From: a virus
Lineage: Duplodnaviria > Caudoviricetes
Virus record (IMG/VR): IMGVR_UViG_3300025718_000029
Location: 1 to 26,351 of that record
DNA: 26,351 nucleotides
Direction: 5' to 3' (one strand)
The position numbers and the translations under genes were made by a program. How positions within the stretch are numbered: the stretch's first letter is position 1; the number at the start of each line of letters is the position of its first letter. A model generated the notes under the pieces. That model made no database searches, was not told where the DNA came from, and saw nothing but the letters and a program-made list of their open reading frames with translations. This document shows, one piece after another, positions 8,810-16,348 of this stretch.

Positions 8810-9493
8810 TCACTCGCTATACACATCAAACCATTTATCAATATACCCACAGTACTCACTAATCATATTACTTCGCCTCTCATCAACCATTAATCTATTA
8901 ATAGCATCATCTCTACTACACTCACAATATATCAGCTCAGCCCCTAATTCATCAGCTAACTTCTCTCTTTTATACTTATCAGCAAATCCACCAACAACCC
9001 ATGCCGTTGACCACTTACCGTAACGAGTTTTAACTTGATCTAGTAGCAGATTGTAAACACTCTTAACATTAATTAATAATCCGTCTGGCTTATCATGTAT
9101 AGGTAATCCGGTAATAGCATGATATAAACTATCCATACATATAATTAGATCCGTTCTGCCCTTATACTGATCAACATACGTTGCCTTGCCGCTACCAGGA
9201 CAACCATACACTATATATACTTGCTTAGTTTTGCTGTGACCAAACCTGTTGTGTCTCTTATTGTGACAATCATGGTCAAGTAGTCTCACATTATCAGGGT
9301 TAAGAGTAATGTTAACGTCATGTATATTATCAGGTGCAAGTTCAATGATATGGTCTAACTCAGCATCTCTAGGAGTCGTGATCACCTTGCCGCAATCCTC
9401 ACATGTTAATCGACGTTCTACAACTATGATAGCTCTAAACTTCTGCCAACGATCACTGGCGTAAAATGATTTTATAATTGCATACTTAGCCAT
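8810..9493 (-). CDS. Terminase-associated HNH endonuclease fused to a P-loop (kinase/AAA-like) domain
   Basis: FY.S.RW..R, CEDCG, DHIIEL...N...L.HDCHNKRH, then VYIVYGCPGSGKATY. Confidence 0.85.
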   Translation of the reverse strand: MAKYAIIKSFYASDRWQKFRAIIVVERRLTCEDCGKVITTPRDAELDHIIELAPDNIHDVNITLNPDNVRLLDHDCHNKRHNRFGHSKTKQVYIVYGCPGSGKATYVDQYKGRTDLIICMDSLYHAITGLPIHDKPDGLLINVKSVYNLLLDQVKTRYGKWSTAWVVGGFADKYKREKLADELGAELIYCECSRDDAINRLMVDERRSNMISEYCGYIDKWFDVYSE

Positions 9494-9502
9494 TGTAATC
9501 GC

Positions 9503-10078
9503 CTACCATTTCTTTGCTTCAGTCTCTTGTCTGATTGTTAGTACAGCATTATCGTTCTTAACCTTATGCTTATTCATAATCACCTGCTGTTCTTCCATTG
9601 CACTTAACTTCCCTTCAGCAAGTCGCTGCCCTTTCTGTATCTTTTCAAGCGATGAAGCTAAAAGACTTAACCCATGCTTATCAATAATACCGTTAACTAT
9701 ATCTTTTATCTCTTCCTCAACAATTACTTCTTTCGATGGTTTTTTAATCTCGTTGTCATATGTAATTGTCTTGGTCTTAACCACACTTGTGACAATATAA
9801 TTATCTAATTGATCGATGGCCTGTTCTATTTTATCAGTCAATCTATCAGATAGACTTAAAATTCTAGCATTGCGATCAGCTTTTTTCACGACAATTTTTT
9901 GTCTTGTCTTTGTCGTGATTCTGTCTTGTGTCTCTTTCTTACACTTAACCCAATTATCACGCTTAGCTACACATTGTAAAGTATTAAAACTAACACTATA
10001 TTTCTTTGCTATTTTTCGGTATGAAGTATTGTTGGATTCATAATCTAGCTTTATCTTTATCCAGTCAACATCAGCCAA
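9503..10078 (-). CDS. Small-terminase-like HTH DNA-binding protein
   Basis: DW.KIK.DY....SYRKIAKKY.VS.NTL...A.R.NW N-terminal HTH typical of TerS proteins, followed by coiled coils. Confidence 0.65.
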   Translation of the reverse strand: MADVDWIKIKLDYESNNTSYRKIAKKYSVSFNTLQCVAKRDNWVKCKKETQDRITTKTRQKIVVKKADRNARILSLSDRLTDKIEQAIDQLDNYIVTSVVKTKTITYDNEIKKPSKEVIVEEEIKDIVNGIIDKHGLSLLASSLEKIQKGQRLAEGKLSAMEEQQVIMNKHKVKNDNAVLTIRQETEAKKW

Positions 10079-10107
10079 TCACCTCACCTACTATCAACAT
10101 AAATTAA

Positions 10108-10386
10108 TTAATACAATTGTTTCCGTATTTGTTTAGTAATTTTGTCTTTAAATTCAGCGCTATTTAACAATATTTTTAGATCATCAGTGTTAAGAGTATT
10201 GAGGCTTATTTTAACAATCATCGGCTCAACATCTAGAGCAATTAACTCGTTATACTCGTCAACCCACTCAATAGGTATTGGATCATACTTAACCATCTTA
10301 TTAGTAATCGCATCTATAAGATAGTTTACTCTAATGCGTCGCCACTCTTTTTTCGTTGGCAATGATTCTGGTATCGTGATTGACAT
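10108..10386 (-). CDS. Hypothetical phage protein
   Basis: 92-aa ORF translationally coupled (TAATG); PIPIEWVDEYNELI segment. Confidence 0.65.
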   Translation of the reverse strand: MSITIPESLPTKKEWRRIRVNYLIDAITNKMVKYDPIPIEWVDEYNELIALDVEPMIVKISLNTLNTDDLKILLNSAEFKDKITKQIRKQLY

Positions 10387-10625
10387 TATCTACTCATCCT
10401 CTCACTGTCAACGCTAAACCCTATACAATCACTCGCCCCATAGCTGCCATCATCGCAAATACATATATCCTCTTTGCTTATCGGTATCCCATTGCCCCAT
10501 TGTTTAGGTAGCGGAATATCCCATAATATATGCATTAATGTTGTCAGTCCGTTAGGTGTATGAGCTCCATCGCTAACTTTACCGCACCTGCGACATTTAT
10601 ATAATAAAACGCCTGGCTTATTCAT
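10386..10625 (-). CDS. Hypothetical Zn-ribbon protein
   Basis: YKCRRCG...CICDDGS. Likely start is ATG 10625 (TGATG overlap) rather than 10649. Confidence 0.65.
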   Translation of the reverse strand: MNKPGVLLYKCRRCGKVSDGAHTPNGLTTLMHILWDIPLPKQWGNGIPISKEDICICDDGSYGASDCIGFSVDSERMSR

Positions 10626-10816
10626 CAATCCCCCACATCCCTCTCGCACCGTTTAAAATCAATCGGACCATACCGCATCATTTGCTTATATTCAGCCTCT
10701 TGTTTAGGTTTATAAGCAGTACAAAACCCTTCAGATGTATGCCATATTTCTTTTGCCTTGCATTCAACTGCACCATAATAAAAACATTCTCTATTGTCAC
10801 AAAAAGCTTTTAGCAT
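10625..10816 (-). CDS. Small Cys-rich hypothetical protein
   Basis: C-x4-C.Y....C.A..I......C..Y pattern; SD GAGGTG. Confidence 0.65.
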   Translation of the reverse strand: MLKAFCDNRECFYYGAVECKAKEIWHTSEGFCTAYKPKQEAEYKQMMRYGPIDFKRCERDVGD

Positions 10817-10835
10817 GATGCACCTCTCTTGCGCT

Positions 10836-11336
10836 TTATAAATCGCCCCACTTCTGACAATTCATAACTTTAATCCGATAATTCTTAAACATAGTTTTAA
10901 TAACCTTATCAATCCTTGTCCCTTTACAAAACAACCACGGATTAACAAAATATTGCAGTCCTTTACTGTTACGGCCCTTATATAATATATCTGATTTAAC
11001 AAGGCTATTTATCGTACTTAACGCCTTTTCTCTACTCATTTTAGTTATGACAATTAAATCGTCAAATCCCATACACTTACCATTATCGTACTTAATACAA
11101 CAATCTTCATATCCAACATAAGTAGCAACGGAAAATAAAAAAGCCTTCTCAAATGTTGAAAGGCTTTCAAGTTGCTTGCGTATCTCGTAAATATTACCTT
11201 TATAAAAATGTTCCATCTTCCAGACTTCAGTATTATTTAAATGTTCAATACTGATCTTACGAATAATGCGATCACCCTCAGATATGCTACCGATTATTTC
11301 GCCATCAGCACTAACTATATTACCAACCTTCGCCAT
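10836..11336 (-). CDS. RepL-like winged-helix DNA-binding protein
   Basis: DGEI N-terminal motif, HTH (FDDLIVITKMSREKALSTINSLVKSDIL) and YFVNPWLFCKG motif resembling the Firmicute plasmid RepL family. ATG 11336 has SD AGGTGA (ORF track start 11357). Confidence 0.6.
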   Translation of the reverse strand: MAKVGNIVSADGEIIGSISEGDRIIRKISIEHLNNTEVWKMEHFYKGNIYEIRKQLESLSTFEKAFLFSVATYVGYEDCCIKYDNGKCMGFDDLIVITKMSREKALSTINSLVKSDILYKGRNSKGLQYFVNPWLFCKGTRIDKVIKTMFKNYRIKVMNCQKWGDL

Positions 11337-11436
11337 ATTAATCACCTTTTCAAACACGAATTAAGAATAAGAGAGATAGAATCGCTAAATAATGCCATTC
11401 GTTCTATGTTGTATATAGATCGATGGGCTATTAGTC

Positions 11437-11489
11437 AAAGTACGTGTGGCGTACTTTTAACCGTGTTTTTAGTACGTGTGGCGTACTTT
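11437..11489. repeat. Two identical 19-bp palindromic direct repeats AGTACG-TGTGG-CGTACTTT
   Basis: Copies at 11439-11457 and 11471-11489 (32-bp period). The first extends to AAAGTACG/CGTACTTT. Confidence 0.9.
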
Positions 11490-11494
11490 CACAT

Positions 11495-11525
11495 AAAAAG
11501 TACCACTCCCAAAACGAGAGTGGCA
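11495..11525 (-). terminator. Intrinsic terminator-like hairpin
   Basis: Minus strand UGCCACUCUC-GUUUU-GGGAGUGGUA then CUUUUU. Confidence 0.6.
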
Positions 11526-11558
11526 AAAGTCAGTTAATGGATTTTTATAATTGATATA

Positions 11559-11626
11559 AGTATATCATGCTTTTGTAAATGTTTTACCTCGAAATATATT
11601 GATTTTATGTTGATTTTATATTGATT
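11559..11626 (-). promoter_or_regulatory. Candidate activator-dependent late promoter with three 11-bp tandem repeats
   Basis: Plus strand ATATTGATTTT/ATGTTGATTTT/ATATTGATT (11596-11626) right after the activator gene. Extended -10 TGATATACT (11567-11559, minus) with no good -35. Confidence 0.6.
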
Positions 11627-11632
11627 AGCTAT

Positions 11633-12085
11633 TTATACCGAAAAATCACTCGGCCTTTGTTTAATACTAATTAACATATCATCAATTTCGTTAAAAGCTT
11701 GTCTTCTGCGAGTCCCAAAAACATTATTAGTAATATGCAATATCTCTAACGTATTACCCCTACCGTTTCGATCAAGATAACAAGTTTTAACTAAATCCCT
11801 ACAATCTGAGTCTAGCGCGTCAAACATCAATTCAATAATCCGAACCTGCTTACCCACACACGCCACACTGCCGGCCAAATATTCCTTCACTATAGCATTT
11901 TTTATACCAAAACTTTCAGTTTGCCGACTAATGCCGCCTACTGCTTTCGGCATGCCATCTGCCTGGCTTACACATGATGGATACATACCATACAACTGCT
12001 CCTGCTCAGCTGTTACCTTTAACTTCAACCTCTTATATGATTTTAATATATTCTCTATCTCGCTATCTGTAAATTGTTTAGCCAT
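11633..12085 (-). CDS. ArpU/RinA-like late transcriptional activator
   Basis: L..Y..L, DGMPK..G....TE and sigma-region-4-like C-terminus (L....R.LV...Y.......RRQAF); last gene before the packaging region. Confidence 0.75.
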   Translation of the reverse strand: MAKQFTDSEIENILKSYKRLKLKVTAEQEQLYGMYPSCVSQADGMPKAVGGISRQTESFGIKNAIVKEYLAGSVACVGKQVRIIELMFDALDSDCRDLVKTCYLDRNGRGNTLEILHITNNVFGTRRRQAFNEIDDMLISIKQRPSDFSV

Positions 12086-12095
12086 AAATACCTCC

Positions 12096-12488
12096 CTACT
12101 TAACCATCTTAATTATTTCTTGCAACGCCCAAAACTCAGGATTATATATCAATGTCATTATCGTTTTTATTGAAGGCAGAAACATAAAATAAACAAGCGT
12201 TATTATGCTGAAAATTAGAGTTACCCACCACAGGCGAGTATAGTTTTGTTCCCACGAATAGTGACCAGTTTTAATTTCCCAAACTCCATTGCACTTTTTA
12301 TAAGCAATTATCCATATTTTATAAAATATAAACGTCATAACTAACCATGTTATATATTGTAAAACATAAGATATTAAGCTAACTTTAACCTGTCCCATCT
12401 GCAACGCCCACAACACCTGCGCCGAACTATCCAACTTATCAGCCAACTTTTGTAAGTACGGCATTAATTCTTTTACTAAATCACTCAT
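12096..12488 (-). CDS. Hypothetical membrane protein (2 TM)
   Basis: LADKL...LW...Q, two hydrophobic stretches, NPEFWAL..I. Confidence 0.75.
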   Translation of the reverse strand: MSDLVKELMPYLQKLADKLDSSAQVLWALQMGQVKVSLISYVLQYITWLVMTFIFYKIWIIAYKKCNGVWEIKTGHYSWEQNYTRLWWVTLIFSIITLVYFMFLPSIKTIMTLIYNPEFWALQEIIKMVK

Positions 12489-12494
12489 ATCAAA

Positions 12495-12704
12495 TCACAC
12501 TCCCATCCAACGATTAACCATACAACTAACTCCATCTACTGTCTGAACAGATAACTCCATTATGCAAACAGCTCCAGTATTTACAATAAACCCTAATTTT
12601 CTTATCATCGATCCAACAACACACCAAACCATTCCAACCAAGCAAAACCCAAATATCGGCAAACATATTATTGTTTTGATTATGATTTTAAGTGATTTCT
12701 TCAT
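12495..12704 (-). CDS. Small hydrophobic hypothetical protein
   Basis: MKKSLKIII... start with SD GGTGGGGG (ORF track start 12746). Confidence 0.55.
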   Translation of the reverse strand: MKKSLKIIIKTIICLPIFGFCLVGMVWCVVGSMIRKLGFIVNTGAVCIMELSVQTVDGVSCMVNRWMGV

Positions 12705-12708
12705 CAAG

Positions 12709-12945
12709 TTACCCCCACCTACTAATTTCATCAATGTCCCTAGCAAATTTAGATGGGAATATTTCGTATTTTCTATACGATTCCCACAACACTTCTGCTA
12801 GCCGGTAGTAATAGTTATGTTCTTTTTCAATGTTTTTATATTTTTCTAATTCATGTTTTAAATTTGATATATTGTTATTTTTTAAAGTTATAACAATAAC
12901 CAATAACACGATAATAAACATTTCGATATAGATCGCAAATTCCAT
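12709..12945 (-). CDS. Hypothetical single-TM protein
   Basis: MEFAIYIEMFIIVLLVIVI... with SD GGGAG (ORF track start 13026). Confidence 0.6.
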   Translation of the reverse strand: MEFAIYIEMFIIVLLVIVITLKNNNISNLKHELEKYKNIEKEHNYYYRLAEVLWESYRKYEIFPSKFARDIDEISRWG

Positions 12946-12961
12946 TTTATTAACTCCCTCC

Positions 12962-13123
12962 CTATCCAACATCACTATGCCACCCGCTCCTCCACTTCTT
13001 AACCCAAAACAAGCACTTAACATCACCCAAAATATTAATTATCTTCCGCTTGCGTTTCTGGCAATAGTTTGCATCCTGCAGTAAATATTTGCACGTTTTG
13101 CAACATTTCGGCTGCTCGATCAT
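12962..13123 (-). CDS. Small Cys-rich protein (missing from ORF track)
   Basis: Manual translation MIEQPKCCKTCKYLLQDANYCQKRKRKIINILGDVKCLFWVKKWRSGWHSDVG*. Fills the gap exactly. Confidence 0.6.
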   Translation of the reverse strand: MIEQPKCCKTCKYLLQDANYCQKRKRKIINILGDVKCLFWVKKWRSGWHSDVG

Positions 13124-13124
13124 G

Positions 13125-13322
13125 CTAGCCATTCTTTAGCAGGTTAGCCACAATATCACGTTCGCTCTGATTACCTTCCTGCTGAAAATATTTAACTACT
13201 CGCCAATATTGATCGCGCTCATCTAATAGTTTCGGTAACTCCTTGTCGCATATCTTAGCAAATACGCTTTGAGTGACGTATCCACTAACCCTGTCTAATA
13301 CTAATTCTCTTAATTTATTCAT
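13125..13322 (-). CDS. Hypothetical protein
   Basis: MNKLRELVLD... start overlapping the upstream gene end, SD GGGGG (ORF track start 13469). Confidence 0.55.
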   Translation of the reverse strand: MNKLRELVLDRVSGYVTQSVFAKICDKELPKLLDERDQYWRVVKYFQQEGNQSERDIVANLLKNG

Positions 13323-14442
13323 GACCAACCCCCAATAGCCCATAGCCAGCAATATCTTTAAATGGGCTCTCACCAAACTTCGATTCATCACCTCGAGCAA
13401 TACGGCATTGCTTGTCCAATATTCGCACTTGCAGTAAAGCATCTCGATATTGATTAGGTTTAATTCCATTAGGGTATAACTCTTTCATCATCCGTTCAGT
13501 AACCGTTATAGCATCACCATAAGCATGTTGTTTTTCGTCTACTAATTCGCCTAGCGATCTTCCTATGTTCTCAAATTTTCCTGGTTGTTTTGCCGACTTG
13601 GCATCGCCTGTCGTGCCTGTTGCTTGTTTATGTTTGATAGCAAAGGCTATAGGTTTTATACAATTATCCTGAAAGACATCCCATTGATCATCATTTATAA
13701 CTGGATGCCACCCACTAAAATTCATATTGCATATAATTGGGCACCCATCTATTCGGTAAGTATTATATTTATATCCTTGATTGCAATTTTTGCAACTATT
13801 TTTTCTTTCTATTTCCTGTTTGGTTTCAAGACCTTTAGCTTCAATCGGTTGCCACTTACAAGCTAAACCATTAGTGCAATGATATGTATCGCATTCCTTG
13901 CAACTCTTTTCAATACCATTTACCGCGCCAACAATAGCCCTGCCAGCATCCATTGCGGCTTTACCAATATCGGAAAACGTCACTGGTTTAGTTTTAATCT
14001 CGTCTGATTTAATCGGTTGCCAATCGTTAAATTTATTATTAGGGCAATAATAAATACTTCCAATTTTACACTTGTCTACTTCTTTCCAATAATGATAGTC
14101 ACAATTACTGCAACTCTTTTTAACCTCTTCCACCACTTCTTGTTTCGGCTTAAAGTTTACATATTTTTCTTTTTCAGCAAAGCAACTTTTGCATTTTTCT
14201 CTATGAATCCCTTTTGTGTAATCATAATAAATACATTTTTCTTTTTTACACATTTGGTGTTCGTAGTTATTTTCTTCCACCACTTCAGCATCTTCTTTAA
14301 AAACATGCATTCCGGTAAAATCACCTGCTATAACTCGCCATTCAATATTACTCTGTTCCCTCACTGTAAACATCTCGCCAATCAACTTGTGATACCACAA
14401 CATCTCTACATTGCTTTTAATTATCTTTATTTTAATTTCCAT
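13315..14442 (-). CDS. Cys-repeat protein with C-terminal nucleotide-modification-associated (Nmad1/DUF1599-like) helical domain
   Basis: Repeats SCxxC...WxP[IV]. C-terminal K..AYGD...R..DK..R...ES..KDIAGY.LL. ATG 14442 with SD GGAGG. Confidence 0.65.
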   Translation of the reverse strand: MEIKIKIIKSNVEMLWYHKLIGEMFTVREQSNIEWRVIAGDFTGMHVFKEDAEVVEENNYEHQMCKKEKCIYYDYTKGIHREKCKSCFAEKEKYVNFKPKQEVVEEVKKSCSNCDYHYWKEVDKCKIGSIYYCPNNKFNDWQPIKSDEIKTKPVTFSDIGKAAMDAGRAIVGAVNGIEKSCKECDTYHCTNGLACKWQPIEAKGLETKQEIERKNSCKNCNQGYKYNTYRIDGCPIICNMNFSGWHPVINDDQWDVFQDNCIKPIAFAIKHKQATGTTGDAKSAKQPGKFENIGRSLGELVDEKQHAYGDAITVTERMMKELYPNGIKPNQYRDALLQVRILDKQCRIARGDESKFGESPFKDIAGYGLLGVGHE

Positions 14443-14460
14443 CTTTTCACCCTCCACAAT

Positions 14461-14709
14461 TTATCTATATTTCAATTGTTTTTTCCAGTTAATAAATTTT
14501 TCTTGATACTTCTTCATGCAATGAGGACAAAAATCTGTATCATCAGCAATATTTATCGAACATTCTTCACACACTGGGCGATCACACGTTGTTCTATGTG
14601 TTTTAAAATCTATTGACGTTTTTACTGTTCCTGTTGGAAAGTCGCACAGTTTCGTAGCAATTCTTTTTCTACAAAATACACATATTTCATTATCTTTGTC
14701 GTCTACCAT
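14461..14709 (-). CDS. Zn-finger hypothetical protein
   Basis: CVFC..ATKLCD...TCDRPVCEEC...DFCPHC. ATG 14709 with SD GGAGG (ORF track start 14778). Confidence 0.75.
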   Translation of the reverse strand: MVDDKDNEICVFCRKRIATKLCDFPTGTVKTSIDFKTHRTTCDRPVCEECSINIADDTDFCPHCMKKYQEKFINWKKQLKYR

Positions 14710-14747
14710 ACAGCCCTCCATAATAATTATTAAGAAATTATAATTGT

Positions 14748-14855
14748 CCACCAAACCGCGCAAAAGTCCCATTTGCATTCGCTACTCCTGCGCTAAATTT
14801 GGCGGTCATACCGTTATTTAATCAACTTCCACCCGCTATATAAATACAGTACGAC
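14748..14855 (-). ncRNA. Unclassified tandem stem-loop element (RNA or ssDNA)
   Basis: Two abutting long hairpins whose DNA-level mismatches are G.U pairs only on the minus strand; loops share UAGCGRRUGSAARU. Confidence 0.5.
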
Positions 14856-14915
14856 TAATCCGGAAAAGAATACGAGGGATATTATCTTAAACCCAATAAT
14901 AAATATATCATCCAT
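14814..14915 (-). CDS. 33-aa single-TM peptide (missing from ORF track)
   Basis: MDDIFIIGFKIISLVFFSGLVVLYLYSGWKLIK*, TAATG-coupled to the upstream gene. Confidence 0.55.
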   Translation of the reverse strand: MDDIFIIGFKIISLVFFSGLVVLYLYSGWKLIK

Positions 14916-15196
14916 TATTTATTCGCCGCCTCCTCCACATATTCAGCAACATAAACATGATTGTTACCCACTTTTTCTACCGCCCACACCTGATAATGAC
15001 CCTTGTCTATCTCCACGACAGCATAGCTAATTCCTTTGGCTAACATCATTTCTTCTGCACGTTCTTTAGCTTTTTCGAGTTGGCTGGGCTTGTATAATCG
15101 TTCGGCCACCTCGACGTATTTAGCTTTATCGTAATTATTTCTCTTTGCCATTGCCTCGCAAATCTCGCTGGCATGTTGTTTGGCGTAGTCCATCAT
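14915..15196 (-). CDS. Hypothetical protein
   Basis: 93-aa ORF, ATGA overlap with the upstream gene. Confidence 0.7.
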   Translation of the reverse strand: MMDYAKQHASEICEAMAKRNNYDKAKYVEVAERLYKPSQLEKAKERAEEMMLAKGISYAVVEIDKGHYQVWAVEKVGNNHVYVAEYVEEAANK

Positions 15197-15831
15197 GATT
15201 TAGTCACTTCTGGTATCACTACCCCAATCGAATAATCAATCTCGTAGCTAGTAGTGTTACTTCCATATTCTTCAACCCAATTATCAAGAAAATCCTGCAT
15301 TTCTTTAATCTCATCACTACTAATATCACTACCCGCATCTTCATGTAAATCTTCACAAGCACTTTCAATAAGAGAATTAGCATCAAAACTCATTTTAATT
15401 TTAGTGGTTCCGTATATAAATAATTCTTTCACGTCAAAATCTTCATCCTTTGATCGGTGGCCATCTATCTTATCTTCCAGATCGTCCATTAAAATATATT
15501 CGTCCCAATTATCGACGTAAACCCATTCCTGCGTCTTATAAGCTTCTTCTAACGTGATTTTGCTGGTTTTATTCCACTTGGCAAGTGTTCTGTCGTGTAA
15601 TTCTTTTCTTGCTAAATTTCGCATTCCCTCGCAATTATGATTCCGCAATAAAATTTCTTTGCAATGTTGGCAATAAGTAACGATTCCTTTAATGCAGTCA
15701 TGGCAGGTTACTATATAGTTACCTTCAACATTTAAGCCAAGTCCTCCACATACGGGACATAACTTTTCACCATCTCCTACCTCACGGCTGAACTTTGTTG
15801 GTAACATCGAGTATATTTCTATTTTTGCCAT
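15193..15831 (-). CDS. Hypothetical protein with DnaJ-like Zn finger and acidic C-terminus
   Basis: CPVCGGLG...CHDCIKG...CQHC. ATG 15831 with SD GGAGG. Confidence 0.75.
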   Translation of the reverse strand: MAKIEIYSMLPTKFSREVGDGEKLCPVCGGLGLNVEGNYIVTCHDCIKGIVTYCQHCKEILLRNHNCEGMRNLARKELHDRTLAKWNKTSKITLEEAYKTQEWVYVDNWDEYILMDDLEDKIDGHRSKDEDFDVKELFIYGTTKIKMSFDANSLIESACEDLHEDAGSDISSDEIKEMQDFLDNWVEEYGSNTTSYEIDYSIGVVIPEVTKS

Positions 15832-15934
15832 TATTAAAACCTCCACACGTCGATTCTAAGCCACTATTAACTTTCACCTAACACTTACTACTCGTTAGTA
15901 ATTAAAATCCATTTAAACTATAAGCCCGTTTTAA

Positions 15935-16348
15935 TCACTGCGCTTTATCGTAACCCCTCACCGCATTCTTTTCATCCACCCTCTGGATAGCATCGATATT
16001 CTCTTGCATCGTCCTATATAACGGCCCTTTGATAAACGTTTGGCAACTTTTCTGTAGGTCTATAGTTTCATCCAAGAGCTCATTCATTTTTACCCGATAA
16101 CCGTCTGCTATTTCTGGCGTTAGTTCACTGTTAGCGTGTCTTACCAGATATATTTGTAACGCTACCCACGCCTTAAAAACTTCCCATAGTTCAGATGCCA
16201 TATGACATATTTGTTTCAGTTTGCTATTGCCTAAGTATTTTACTGCTGGCTTGATTTGCGACTTTCTTAACTGGTCAAGCTCTTGAATGGCTCCCAGTAG
16301 TTTGCTGTCATGGTTGGCAAGCTTGATTAGATCGTCAATTTTTGTCAT
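15935..16348 (-). CDS. MazG-like all-alpha NTP pyrophosphohydrolase-fold protein
   Basis: Q..H..SE..EV ... DE..D....CQT ... V.EKN..RGY, resembling the EExxE...ExxD arrangement. Confidence 0.55.
   Translation of the reverse strand: MTKIDDLIKLANHDSKLLGAIQELDQLRKSQIKPAVKYLGNSKLKQICHMASELWEVFKAWVALQIYLVRHANSELTPEIADGYRVKMNELLDETIDLQKSCQTFIKGPLYRTMQENIDAIQRVDEKNAVRGYDKAQ

Noticed and set aside
11437-11489. Mini CRISPR array
   Set aside because: Only two 19-bp repeats with a 13-bp spacer, and no cas genes.
14766-14784. HDV-like ribozyme (GCGAAUG / AAUGGGAC resemble the HDV 3' end)
   Set aside because: I could not build the nested double pseudoknot; the segment folds as a simple hairpin loop.
15847-15934. 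Possible structured or ssDNA-origin-like intergenic element
   Set aside because: Only a 5-bp stem (CTAAC/GTTAG) is evident, too weak to support.
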